64,000 bases of DNA, from positions 2,728,001-2,792,000 of the forward strand of contig OZ234494.1 of assembly GCA_965153455.1 (NCBI GenBank). The letters run 5' to 3'. Under the pieces are notes generated by a model. That model was given only the letters and a program-made list of their open reading frames with translations. It made no database searches and was not told where the DNA came from. This document shows positions 52,264 to 64,000 of the stretch, one piece after another. Made by a program: the position numbers and the translations under genes. The stretch is from Sphagnum compactum. Its lineage: Eukaryota. Position 1 is the stretch's first letter; every line of letters begins with the position of its first letter.

Positions 52264-52362
52264 AAGGATGGATCTTACACCTATTCTTTAAGAATGGGAG
52301 GCATCTTATAAAATGATCCTTCCCACTCTTAAGGAGTAGGTGTAAGAATTGTCAACATCCTT
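52264..52362. repeat. Compact inverted repeat/hairpin
   Basis: tcttacacctattctttaagaatgggag (from 52273) pairs with ttcccactcttaaggagtaggtgtaaga (to 52347) at 24/28; the outer aaggatg/catcctt also pair. Confidence 0.75.
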
Positions 52363-55300
52363 CAGCTCTTGATCTACATATGTTTAAATTCATGATAACA
52401 TGCATTTCATGTTTTATAATGATCAAAGCCCATAGTTGGGGGGCATTCCCAAAATGCAAAGCTAGATTTAGTTACATATCAACTTGTTTGGCCTTGCATT
52501 TTGAGAAAATCCTAACCCCAAGGGTTTACAATAATTCCTACTTTAATAGTTCCTGATTATAATTGTTATCAAATCTTTATGTGTAAGGTAAATCCGATGG
52601 GGTGTACACAAAAATGCATATCGTTGCATGTTAGTAGATAATGGAGTCAACACAAGCACATTCATCCACATAAAATGTGTTAATATTGTTCAAAATAGGC
52701 TCCTATGTATTTTTAGGTACTAGATAATAGGTTGGGCAAATATTGTTGGGTAAACCTTCCTTGGCCAAGCCCAATGGCATTGTGGTTTGCACTTTGCACT
52801 CCCTTAAGGTGTGACATAACAAGTGTTGTTCATGTCATTATGTGTGCATTATGTGAAAAAAATGATTGAAAGAATTAGTGAACCAAAAAAGGAAAGATGT
52901 AATATTCTCCTCAATGTTTTTTCAATGTATTTATCTTTGGGGCTAAAAAAAAGTTGTGATATTTGTTTTGATAATTTGACTAAGATTTATTCATCACATC
53001 ATTATTATATAGCACAAGCCATATGATAACAAGCCATTTATACCTTTACAAGCACACATCAATTGACATGAGTATTTATTTTTCCAAACAGGAAAGAAAA
53101 CCTAAACATTAAAAACCTACATATTTGTCAAATTATTTAAATAAGATGAAGCGAAAGATAAAACAACTTGAAAATGAAATTTAATATAGAAGAAAACTAA
53201 TCAAATAATGATTAAAGAGGTATACATGCAAATGATATTATATTTGAAATCCACATTTGACATTTTGTTATTTTGTAAAATCAATCTTCAACAAATTAAA
53301 GAGGATTCATAAGGCTTTACAAAACATTATACATTTAAAGTGTCATTTGATCATTGATACAAGATTACATACATAATATGTATAAACAAGCTAAAATAAC
53401 TTTGTACATGTCTTCTAACAAAATCAATTGTTACAAACAATCTAAACTGGGATAATGACATGTTTTACAATCCAATTTTTCCTATCATTAATATATAGAA
53501 CTTAAGCCTTTGCATGAATCTTCTATTGAATAAAAATGATCATTCAATGTATTCATGATGGATTAAATTTTTGATCTTTTCATTAGGTTTTTTTGGAGAT
53601 TCATTAATTTAAAAAATTCAATTTGGAACATTATTTATTATATGGGTAGATGACCAATATTGTCCTTATTACAAATGTCATTGCTTGATGATAAATCCTA
53701 ATAAATTTACAATATAACAATTATCAATTTCTTATTATAACAATTCAAAATATCCTTGCAACTTATGGAAACCTTTAAAATTGTTATTGAAATTATATAA
53801 AACAATAAAAAAGAGAAAATTTTATCATAAAACAAGCATGATTTGATGAGATCAAATGATTTGTATGTGTTCTTAAACTCATTTGGTGATTCTTGTCCCT
53901 TTTGTAAATATGACCTATTAGAATTTTTTTTATTGCATAATTTATTGTATGTGGATTTCATTTTAATATTAATATTTATTTTTAACACAGTACCCTAACA
54001 TCTTTGACATTATTTATATTATTTATGAAATGATGTAATTTTCAAATTTACTTTTTCAAATAAACTTATTTTTGTGAAAAAAAATACATACTATTTTGGA
54101 GTATTCAAGAATATTTTATTTTTGATATGAAGTTTTCAAAATTCATTAATTATCCTACAAACATGTGTTTTGAAGTTTCTTTTTTATCACATTAATCAAA
54201 TGTATTTTAAAAACGTTGAAAATATTATGAATCTATTAAATCATGTGTACTTTCCACATCCCACAAATATGTTGTAGGGGTTGCAATTTTCTTTTAATGC
54301 GTGTCATTATTTAAATTAAAGCACGGTGAAATGAATGACTTGTTGCCATAAACACTTTACAAGAAGGGGAAAAAAGAAGGTGGCAAAGGAAAAGGAAGAA
54401 AAGACAAAAGTGATTTAATTTGTGAACATTATACCAATGCTTGCAAATTGGGTGCAAATTGAGATGAGCAAGACTTTAAAAACCATGCAAATTAATCACA
54501 ATAATTTTTAATTTTTTAGTTATGTATATATTTCTTTTTTTTATGTAGTTAAAATATGTTCAAAGTTTGACTTTTGATGTCAAATTTTATATTATTCAAA
54601 GATTTAATATTTGAGTTAAATCAATTGCATTTAAACCCCAAATCATTTGTCTCTCAATTTGTTGTCATTATGTATCACACCAAGGTCTTGAAAACATTGA
54701 GATTTGTTTGTGCATGTTATCATTTAAGAATGCGTGATTCATACTCAAATGCATTTGTGTTTTATCTTTTCATTCCACAACTATGTTTTAAAGTTTAATA
54801 ATGTATTAAATAATACATTGTTAATGTTTTGAAACTTGCATATTAATTTAGAGTTAAAAGTTTGTGATCCACACAATCTATTTGCAAATTGTTCTAGATG
54901 TTTTAAATTTTAATATTTTGTTTCATCCAAGAGGAATAACACGTTTTGATTAGTGTTTTTTTTTGCAATTTTTTGCTATACTATCATCAATTAACATCCC
55001 AAGAAAAAATTATTAATGAATGAAAATCTTTTCCTAGAACTTATAAAATAAAATAAAATCCTTTTCTAGTCTAGCAAACCTATAATAGCCAAGAATTAAA
55101 ATCTAGGTACAATGACCTAACACAACTATTTTATAAGCAACTTTTTCTCGAAACAAATTAAATCTTGTAATAATAAAGTAGTCCCATCTCAAAAAGAATA
55201 CATCTCAAGAACACTAAAGATGACAAAAGATAAGGAACAAAACAAAAAAATGACAATAACACAACAAATATTATCCTAAAACTCTTTGCATGAATGAAAA

Positions 55301-56327
55301 AGAGAACATCTCAAATTTCACAAGGGATGGATTTGTTCAATAACAGGCTTGGATGCATTGAAGAAAACCCACTTTTATATACAAAAAGTTAAATGGGAGT
55401 CCTCCGGGATTCCCGAAACTTCAGTATTCGATTGCAGAGGTCAAAACACCTTGCGTTGAGGAGTTCTTTATATCATTGGAAAGCTATTGAAGTGGAGATG
55501 TCGAAAATGAGTGACACCTGCCTTACTTTGATGCGGGTTGAAATGGATTCACATACAGTAGTAGTATACGGGTGTTCTGATGGTACAAAATGGGGTTGGC
55601 TGCTGTGGCACACTGCTATATATTTTGTTGATGTTCCTAGAGAAGAGAAAAGTTTTAGGCAACTCCGGGAGTTCATCTTCAACCAGCTGTGATCATATAA
55701 TATGAACCCAATATGCCTGATTGCTGCCATCTTGGACAGTTGAAAAGAGATTGAGTTCGTATGCTACCAAAGGGATCAAAAGAGACTTCGGGAACAAACA
55801 CGTGTTCAAATCCACATTTTGTTCACACTTTGTGCAGATCTCTCTCTTGGGCTAAGCATCCCAAAAGCTTTGGGGAGCTGCAATGGAGAGACCAACAACA
55901 CATCAAAAGAGGATAAAGAAAATCGCATGCGTGCATAGTTCAAGAATACATACCTTTCGCCTCTGTATTGCTGAGTAGCGGAAATTTGAATTTTACACAA
56001 AAAAGACTCATAAGAAATGAAATAACAGAAGGCACCCAGGATTTATATGTTGGAAAGTCATTTTCTGTTTTTGCTGCTTACACAGTTGTTTGATTTCATG
56101 GAAAGGAGACAAAATACAACAGTTGACAACTAGTACACCTGACCTACAATTGTTTGAAATAATTAAGAAAAGTTGGGGGGAGTCCTGTAGAAGAAAAGAA
56201 GGCATCTTTCATCATCTTCCCTCAACACAAATGAAGAGGACAAAATAATTGTGTTCTTTTTTCCATACCTCTGACTGTCTAACAATGCCCTGGCTGAATA
56301 ATATATAGTAATCAGGGCAAAGCTGTT

Positions 56328-59300
56328 TTAAGTGCATTGTCCAGGAACAAATCCCACTTGGTAGTTCACGTTATCATATACCACTCGGAAACCTTGTTGC
56401 TGAACATTCCCGATGATAGAAGGCCCTGTGGTCCCAGCGAATGCAAAGCAATAGGTGTTGGAATTATCAACTGGAATGAGGTAATTGCTTGCTGGGAGAT
56501 CCATGTCTGCGCCGTTTTGGAAATGCAGGGTTACTGTTGGGACATCCACGGTTGTCATTCCAACAAGGTCATAACAAGTATCGAAAAGAGAGAATCCTGT
56601 TGTCAATGTTAATTTCCTCGTTGCTGCACGGAATGCATCCCTCATTGCTATGTAAGCAGCATTAGCTAGTCGAGTGACTGAAGTGCCTGAATCGATGATG
56701 ACACCACCATCACCACTGGCATCCAGCTGGAAAACATGTGAAGGAATGGAGAGGAGGTCACCCCCGACACTAATGCCTGTCATTTGCAGGTAGTAGAATG
56801 TGGAGATCTTTGCATTCTTCACCTGCGGAGTAAACGTCACACCTGCTGGAACTGCAGCATTTCCAAAGATGAGAAGTGATCTGTCGGTGGTGTCTGTTTC
56901 ACGGTCTGTAAGGCAGTAAGAAAATTTGTCCCCGATTGCAGCACCCACTTGGCTGGGAAAAGATAGAGGACCTTTGCCTAGGCCCAAAAGCCCTGCAGCT
57001 CCAACAAAGTAGCCTTCATTGTCATGTCCACAACCCATCGGGATTGAATTCAGAACAACTTGGCCACCAGCAGTTGTGGCAGAGTCGAGTGTCACAGTGT
57101 CAGTTGAAAAATCTCCCAGAGTGAAAGATCCATCACCATAATCAACCTGTGACATGACCAGAAGCAAAACCATTAAGTCACTTGGGTGTATGAATGCAAC
57201 AAGCAAAGAACTCAAAGACAGTAGAGAGGTGGTGGCAGTCTGCACCACCTTGACAAACACAAAAAATGGTGTTTTCTTCACCTTCTAGAGGACATCCCAC
57301 ATGTATTTCATTGTTGACATGACAATGACCACCTCAGGGTTGTGTTGGTTTCTTGCTAATCTACTCTCTTCTGTGATTTTGGAGCTTTAGTGCAAGTGAT
57401 CTGTACAAGAACTGCAAGTGAGCAACAGAAGGTGGGTGGGCAGGCGCACACAAACTGACACATCCATCCATCCCTCCCAATCTTTGTTGCAATAAGGCAC
57501 ATCACTCATGGACGACCCACATCCAGCTGTGAAAAAGGGCTTGAAAGAATCCAAGCAGATGATCAACATCCTATTACCACATTCCCATTGACCTGGGGTG
57601 CAGCGCACAGAAGATGGAAAGAAGGGATTGACAGAATCCAAGCAGATGATTGACTTATCATGCCAGAAAGAATTCCAAACCTAATCTCCTTGTTCAATGA
57701 CCACACTGAAGACTAGGGTAAACAGGCTTTCGAAAAATAAAGTCACAAGTCAAGCTATAGTAGCATGTGTGTAGCACCACCCAGACCTGACAAAACATGT
57801 ACAAATCTTGAGCTCCAACAAAAGATGCAAGGGTTTGGAGCACAAGATTTTGGGGGGCATGTCTTACTGCACAACATACCCACCCGAGACTCATGTACAA
57901 AACGAATAGTACATTGCAGATGCAACTGTAAGAGCAGCTCCAGGTGACCCTGGAAATCAAAAGTCAGAACATGCCAGTTTGGCTCAGCAAAATGGTTTTG
58001 GCGCTGCATTTTTCCACAGTTTGCTGAGCCTGGCAAAAGGCATAGCAAAGCCTAAAGAGAAGAGTGTAATAAATATGATCTGCCTGCTGCTCCTTGTTTC
58101 TGATTTGCCAATCATAATGATTGGTGCAGGTGGGTTGCTATTAGTAGTAGTCTCCCACCTATTTGCAGTCCCAGTTTTAGTTTTATGGGTGGGGTTGGAA
58201 AAAAGTAAATAACTAAATTTGGATGTGAGAAATATTTTTGCGGGGACGGATACTGAGCACTGCTGGAGCTGCTCGAAGAGGATGCCCCAATTTGCACAGA
58301 GAGAGAATGAACTTGATGGATGCACAGGTGAACACACCAACAAACAAACCTGGTAGAGGCAGTCACTTTGTTGACAGCCACTGATATCCAGATCCAAGCA
58401 GAGCTTGGAACCGCATCGGACAGTAGCATAAGTGGATGAAGCAAGAGGGTTGAACACAGGACCAGCTTGCTGGTAACAGTTATCACATGGAGAGCATTGG
58501 AGCCACAAAATGTCACTGCCAGTGTCGACCACAAGGTAAGTGGATTTTGCAGGTGTGCCGATTGAAAGTTGAACAAAATACTCCCCACTTCCCATGGTGA
58601 GACCCGACACAACTGGTGCTTGAAAATCACTGCTGCCTGCACCAGCCTCCTCATGCTGCTGCTGCTGCTGCTGCTGCTGGAATAGGGTTTGGAATTTGGC
58701 TTCAGGCAACATCCCGTTCACCATTCTCTGGATATGGGCATGGATGCCAAGCACCCGGATGTGGTCCCTTGATAAGCTTTCTTTCATCAGCTGAGATCTT
58801 GTTGCATTGACTGGCCTGAATGGTGATGAGGGTGCATACCTGCAAATGGGTACACTCCCAGTGAGATTTTCTTTCAGGAAATGATGATCTCAAGAAGAAG
58901 CATGGCTGCCACTGGAGCCAGAGGAAATGCAATGCATACATGCATGCAGTTTGTGAAGAAAGTTCTACTCGTACTGCAACAGCAAAAGAAGAAAAAGAAG
59001 AAGAAGAAGAAGAAGAAGAAGAAGAAACAACAACAACAACAACACCCACCCAATGATGAGAACCCTAGACTTGTGACCAGCTGCTGCACCTGTGCATGAG
59101 GTTCGCTTGTACGCCATCACCATGGCCTGTTGTGTGTGTTTGCAGCCGATCATGGACAGCGGAGGTCGAAGCTCTGGGCAAGAATTCAGACATCCCCCGT
59201 GATGCCGGAACGAAGCTTCTTCTATTATCCTCCCGCCGACTTGTAGTCTTCTCTGTAACTTGAATGTCCAGTCTCTGGTAAGTGTACGACCCTGGAGCTG

Positions 59301-59448
59301 CAAAGAACTGCTGTCTGGCCGACGAAGACACCGGCTCAAAGACACTAACCGTGATCAATATTGCAAGCAGCATCCCAACTACACAAGTAGAAGAACCACC
59401 ACCACCGCCACCACCACGGCTCCTGCAGCTTCGAATGTCTCTTCCCAT
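56328..59448 (-). CDS. A1-family aspartic protease (nepenthesin/ASPG1-like), 555 aa, 3 exons
   Basis: Exons 59448-59090, 58839-58350, 57146-56328 (GT-AG, in frame). Hydrophobic signal segment (VVGMLLAILITVSV), propeptide LMHR-YAPSSPF, GSGEYF, catalytic DTGS and DSGT, Cys-rich NAP insert (WLQCSPCDNCY), GCGHDNEG..GLLGLG, IIGNVQQQ. Confidence 0.95.
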
Positions 59449-59463
59449 TCTGATCAACGTCTG

Positions 59464-59503
<40 letters not shown>

Positions 59504-59535
59504 CCAACACGTATCTGCAGCTCCTCTTCTTGATC

Positions 59536-59911
59536 TAGAGCTCCCAAATCCCACAACTCAAAACAACAAAAAACTGCTGCAGCAACTGAACTCTAAAAAC
59601 CCCACAACTCAAAACAACAAAACTGCTGCAGCTACAACAGGTCCAGAACTCCACAACTAGCTGACAACAACAAAACTGCTGCAGCAGACGAACTCTAGAG
59701 CTCCACAACTAACTAACTAACTAATAAACAACAACAACAACAACAAAGCTACTGCTGCAACAGCTGAACAAGACTCTGGAGCTCTAACACTACTAACAAC
59801 AACATAAGAGCTGTGGCTGCAGCTGAACAACTCCAGTCTGAGCTCCAACACTACTAACAACAACAACAACAACAACACAAGAGCAACTGCAGCTGAAAAA
59901 CTCCAGAGCTC
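59536..59911. repeat. ~6 degenerate 50-80-bp units in the presumed 5' leader of the aspartic protease
   Basis: Recurrent gagctcc-acaact-(aac)n-actgctgcagc-gaactc modules. Confidence 0.7.
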
Positions 59912-60047
59912 ATCATCCACTTCCTTCTTCTTCTTCTTCTTCTTCTTCTTGTTTTTCTCCTCCTCCTCCTCCTCCTCCTCTCAAGTCTAGTAGTAGCTGT
60001 GCCTGCATAACTGCAAAACCAAAATAGACTTGTGTGCACTACTAGAG

Positions 60048-60053
60048 TTTATA
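60048..60053 (-). promoter_or_regulatory. Candidate TATA box of the aspartic protease gene
   Basis: TATAAA on the minus strand at the boundary between AT-rich upstream DNA and the GA-rich leader, ~600 nt from the ATG. Confidence 0.4.
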
Positions 60054-60796
60054 ATCTTCTTGTTGGGAAGTCATTACTTCTTTGCATAAAATTTAATGAG
60101 AACCTTCTGCAAAAATAAAAGAATATTAATAATTTAAAAAAACTGCAATTAATTTTTTTCCATAATTAAATAATTAAATGCAATCTTTATTTATTTATTT
60201 ATTTAGTTAATATTTCCTTCTTTCTTTCTTTCTTTTCTAAACAGCTGCAATTTTGGGGGAGTTTGCACCTACATACAATTAATTAATTAACTAACTAATT
60301 AATTAATTAATTAATGCAGATCACACATGAGGACCATGAGCGAGGAGTTAGGAAGGGAGGAGAGAGTTGTGGTAGAGAGAGAGAGAGAGAGAGAGAGAAA
60401 GAGGTAGGTTAGGTTAAGTTAGGTGTGATTAGGTTTTGGTTTGGGCGGGGTTGGGTGCAGAGTTTTAAGGAAATGGCTGTTTTCACATGATACACTTGTC
60501 AGGTCCCCCCACTTCTTCCTCCTCCTCCTCTTCCTCCTGAGTTTATTTATTTATATATTATTTATTTATTTATTTATTTATTTTCCTGAGTCCTCTTTTA
60601 CATAAACTAGTCTGTACCTACATATGAAAACAAGCAAAACACAATTTTTTTTTAAAATTAAAAAAAAAAATTCTATACATAACAAACTTAAGTTTCTTTA
60701 TGTGTAGTAGTGCGTTACTTAGTACTACCAACCATTCATTAATTTTACTCGGTAGGTAGGTAGGTAGGTAGGTACCCACTTTAATTTTTCAGCGGT

Positions 60797-60835
60797 GATA
60801 CCCGGAGGGTATCAAGTGGGTACCCTCCGGGTATC
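60797..60835. repeat. Perfect 15-bp GC-rich hairpin
   Basis: GATACCCGGAGGGTA, a 9-nt loop, then TACCCTCCGGGTATC. Confidence 0.9.
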
Positions 60836-60912
60836 TTGGGGAAAAAACCCACGCAAAAATAGGCTCTGCCTCAGTTGGGCACTACTTATTTTCGGAACAC
60901 CTTGCTCCTCGA

Positions 60913-61071
60913 GTTTAGGGTTTAGGGTTTTTTTTTAATTTTTGGGAACGCCTTGCTCCTCCTCGGGGTTTAGGCTTCTCCACTATTTTTGAAGGGTTTT
61001 AGGGTTTTGGGAAACTGAGGGTTTATTAGGGTTTAGGGAATCTAAGGGTTTATTAGGGTTTAGGCCCTAGG
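60913..61071 (+). repeat. Degenerate interstitial telomeric (TTTAGGG) tract
   Basis: Multiple tttagggtttaggg and agggtttattagggtttagg blocks. Confidence 0.8.
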
Positions 61072-61263
61072 GAGATCTGTGAGAAGGTAAAACTGATCAC
61101 CTAAAACACTCTCACATGGGGGAAGGTGATCATGCTCCTCACAGGTGGGCTAATTGCCATTTAAGATTGACAAGTGACCAACCCTTGGTTTAGAAATGGA
61201 CCCCTTGGGCCCAATCATTAGGGTTTCAATCCAATCAAACATTGCCACATGGGTGTAATGGGT

Positions 61264-62019
61264 TACTAGACTAGGGTTAATAGAGAGAGAGACACTCACT
61301 CATTATTACTCCTACTAATAAGAAAGAGGGATATATAGAGGGACCAAAAATCAACCAACAAACATGTTCATAAACCCAACAAAAACCTTGTGAGCCCATG
61401 GTTTAGGGTTTAGGGTTTATGAACATGGGCTCACAAGGTTTTGGGTTTATGAACATAATCACTAGATTAGGGTTAATAGTGAGAGACTGATTATTACTCC
61501 TAATAATAATAGTAATAGAGGCATGTATAGAGGGACCCAAAATCAACAAGCATATATGTTCATAAACCCAACAAAAACCTTGTGAGCCCATGGTTTAGGG
61601 TTTAGGGTTTACAAGGCTTTTGTTGGGTTTATGAACATGCTTGTTGATAAAGGGACCCAAAATCAACAAGCATGTTCATAAACCCAACAAAAACCTTGTG
61701 AGCCCATGGTTTAGGGTTTAGGGTTTACAAGGCTTTTTGTTGGGTTTATGAACATGCTTGTTGGTTGATTTTTGGTCCGTCTATACATCCCTCTTTATTA
61801 TTATTAGTAGGAGTAATAATAAGTCTCTCTCTATTAACCCTAGTCTAGTGACTATGTTCATAAACCCAACAAAAACCTTGTGAGCCCATGGTTTAGGGTT
61901 TAGGGTTCACAAGGCTTTTTGTTGGGTTTATGAACATGCTTGTTGGTTGATTTTTGGTCCCTCTATACATCCCTCTTTATTATTAGTAGGAGTAATAAAT
62001 AATAAGTCTCTCTCTATTA
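61264..62019. repeat. Mirror-symmetric array of four hairpins with (TTTAGGG)2 loops and ~100-bp spacers
   Basis: The arm atgttcataaacccaacaaaaaccttgtgagcccatg occurs four times. Each is followed by gtttagggtttagggtt and then a reverse complement of the arm. The spacer is forward at 61264 and 61457 and reversed at ~61757 and ~61938. Confidence 0.92.
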
Positions 62020-63587
62020 GAAGTACCAACCACAAGAGGCTTTCAGACAACACACACTAACTAGGTTGGCTACCTAGTGCTAACCAAGGGTAGGTGGGTG
62101 GTTGGGTTAGTTGTCAGCAGATTTGATGGTAGCCAAAAAAAGCTGTGTGTGTAGTTAATGCCTCTCTGCCAAAGTTGAAAATTTGGTCATGAATAATTTT
62201 TTTAAGATAGGCCTCCAAATTATTAAATGGCAAAATGTTTTAATTGGGTGTCCAATCCATGTGCACCAAGTGTTCCCCCCTATTTTTTTTTGTCAAGCAA
62301 TAATCCCAAAACCTTTTTGGACAATATGAATTTAAATAAATAAATAACATACCTTGATTTTATTATTATTGTAATACCAGGTAAAATATAAAGCTGTATA
62401 TATATATATATATCTATTCTTGCCCCTTGGGCATATATTGGAGTTTTGTAGGCTACTTGAGACCCAGGGCTTTTTTTTTTTTCCTTTTTTCTTTCCCCCC
62501 AATTTTGTGATGTAGCCAAACCTGGGGGATCGTCCACAAGAAGATTTAGCCAAATTGGGCTATAACCAAAATAAATTCAGGACTTTCAAAGAAATTATTA
62601 AGGTGAAACAATAAACCTATAAGAAAAGAACACCGTAATAAATTCTTAATGGTTCTTAATGCCAATATCTTAAGAGAAAACATAATAATTAAATATTTGA
62701 CATGAAAGTGCCGAACTTGCTAGGCTACTAAATATATACATTTATTCTTGCATTGCATGTTAATGTGTTTTTATTTTCAAAGGAGGATATTAAGTGGACT
62801 ATCATAAATAAATAAATAAATAAACTATATTGGGGTGTCATTGCAAACATAGTAGAAACCGAAACACATATTTGCTCTACATTATACACTTAGACTCACA
62901 CATGAATGGGGTCGAGATTTTTATGAAGTAAGTAATTTTCCCCAATTAAACTTAAAAAATGACCGTGCATATAGTAATGCATATCCTAAATGCCGTTTTT
63001 CTTTTCACCAAAATTAAGGCTATTTTAGGATATGCAATATGCACACCATTTAAGTTTTAATCGGGGAAATTTTAGGGCTTTTTTAAAAAGGTTTTTCACA
63101 CTAAGTGAAAAAAAAAAAAATCCCAAAATGTTCCTGTTTTTGGTCGAAAACTTGAAACTTTGTATAATAATACCAAAACAAAGCCAATTGCAATAACTTA
63201 TCATTTCTTCATATAAATCAATCGCACAGACTTGTTTGTCAGAGACTTTGTCAATTGGGTTTTGTGTTTCCACTTCAGTCTTCTTCCTCTTTGGTTTGGT
63301 TTTTCCCCCATTGCTTGCGACATTATTGTTAGTTTCATTAAAGGCAATAATAGCATCCATCCAAACATCCAAGTCCAAACAATCTTGTCACTGAAATCAC
63401 GGAGTGTGCTGATTGATGCACTGCACTGCACTTTGAGAGAGAGAGAGAGAAAGAGAGATGGTGCAAAAATCTTCCTCTGTCATGTCATATATACTACTTA
63501 CACACATAATTTTCTTTCTGTACGTAAACCCAAAAAAATCTTTGAAAAGCTTTAATTGGACATGCAGCCCGATCAATCAACGACCAC

Positions 63588-63911
63588 ACACCAATTTTTG
63601 AGAGGTTGTTTTTGTTGTGGGTGTTTTTTTGTACAATAATTTGTTGCAGAAAACATGTGTAGCAAATGAAAGGAAAGGAAGTGAAGTGGTGTTATTGTTC
63701 ACACTTTTTGCTTCTTTTGGTTCTGCAACTAACATATTATTATTACACCAATTTTTGAGAGGTTGTTTTTGTTCTGGGTGTTTTTTTGTACAATAATTTG
63801 TTGCAGAAAACAAGTGTAGCAAATGAAAGGAAAGGAAGTGAAGTGAAGTGAAGTGGTGTTATTGTTCACACTTTTTGCTTCTTTTGGTTCTTCAACTAAC
63901 ATATTATTATT
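63588..63911 (+). repeat. 157-bp tandem duplication
   Basis: acaccaatttttgagagg...caactaacatattattatt starts at 63588 and again at 63745; the second copy has extra gaagt units. Confidence 0.9.
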
Positions 63912-64000
63912 ATTATGGTGTTTTGTGTCTTGTCTTGTAGCGAGAGCTATAAGTGCTCCCCGGGGTTTAAAGGGGTCAGAGGTCAGTCACTAGTAAGCTA

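Noticed and set aside
48900-55520. Probable decayed TE fragments (LTR-like pieces near 49700 and 55390; possible transposase remnants at 50400-51600)
   Set aside because: Too degenerate to assign a family or boundaries without a database search.
61364-61937. CRISPR-like appearance (repeated palindromic unit with spacers)
   Set aside because: The spacers are copies of each other in both orientations, the context is eukaryotic, and there are no cas genes.

Overview
Eukaryotic plant genomic DNA: intron-rich genes, abundant microsatellites, TTTAGGG tracts and AT-rich decayed transposons. The style suggests a moss such as Sphagnum, but that is inference. Five recognisable genes are present. (1) Mitochondrial citrate synthase, 18 exons in the window, 5' end off-window, with two GC-AG introns. 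(2) An intronless MAP3K of the MAPKKK15-21 type. (3) A chloroplast two-RRM ribonucleoprotein. (4) An intronless rhomboid-like RBL13. (5) A three-exon A1 aspartic protease. There is also an uncharacterised ~779-aa low-complexity protein with an N-terminal MGxC acylation motif, and a possibly decayed gene or spliced lncRNA divergent from the cpRNP gene. Mobile DNA comprises decayed PIF/Harbinger, RLE-type non-LTR and Ty3/Gypsy elements plus several MITE-like elements. The most unusual structure is a ~760-bp mirror-symmetric array at 61.3-62.0 kb of four hairpins, each with (TTTAGGG)2 in its loop. No prokaryotic features, CRISPR arrays, rRNA or tRNA were seen. All family assignments are from manual reading; no searches were run.
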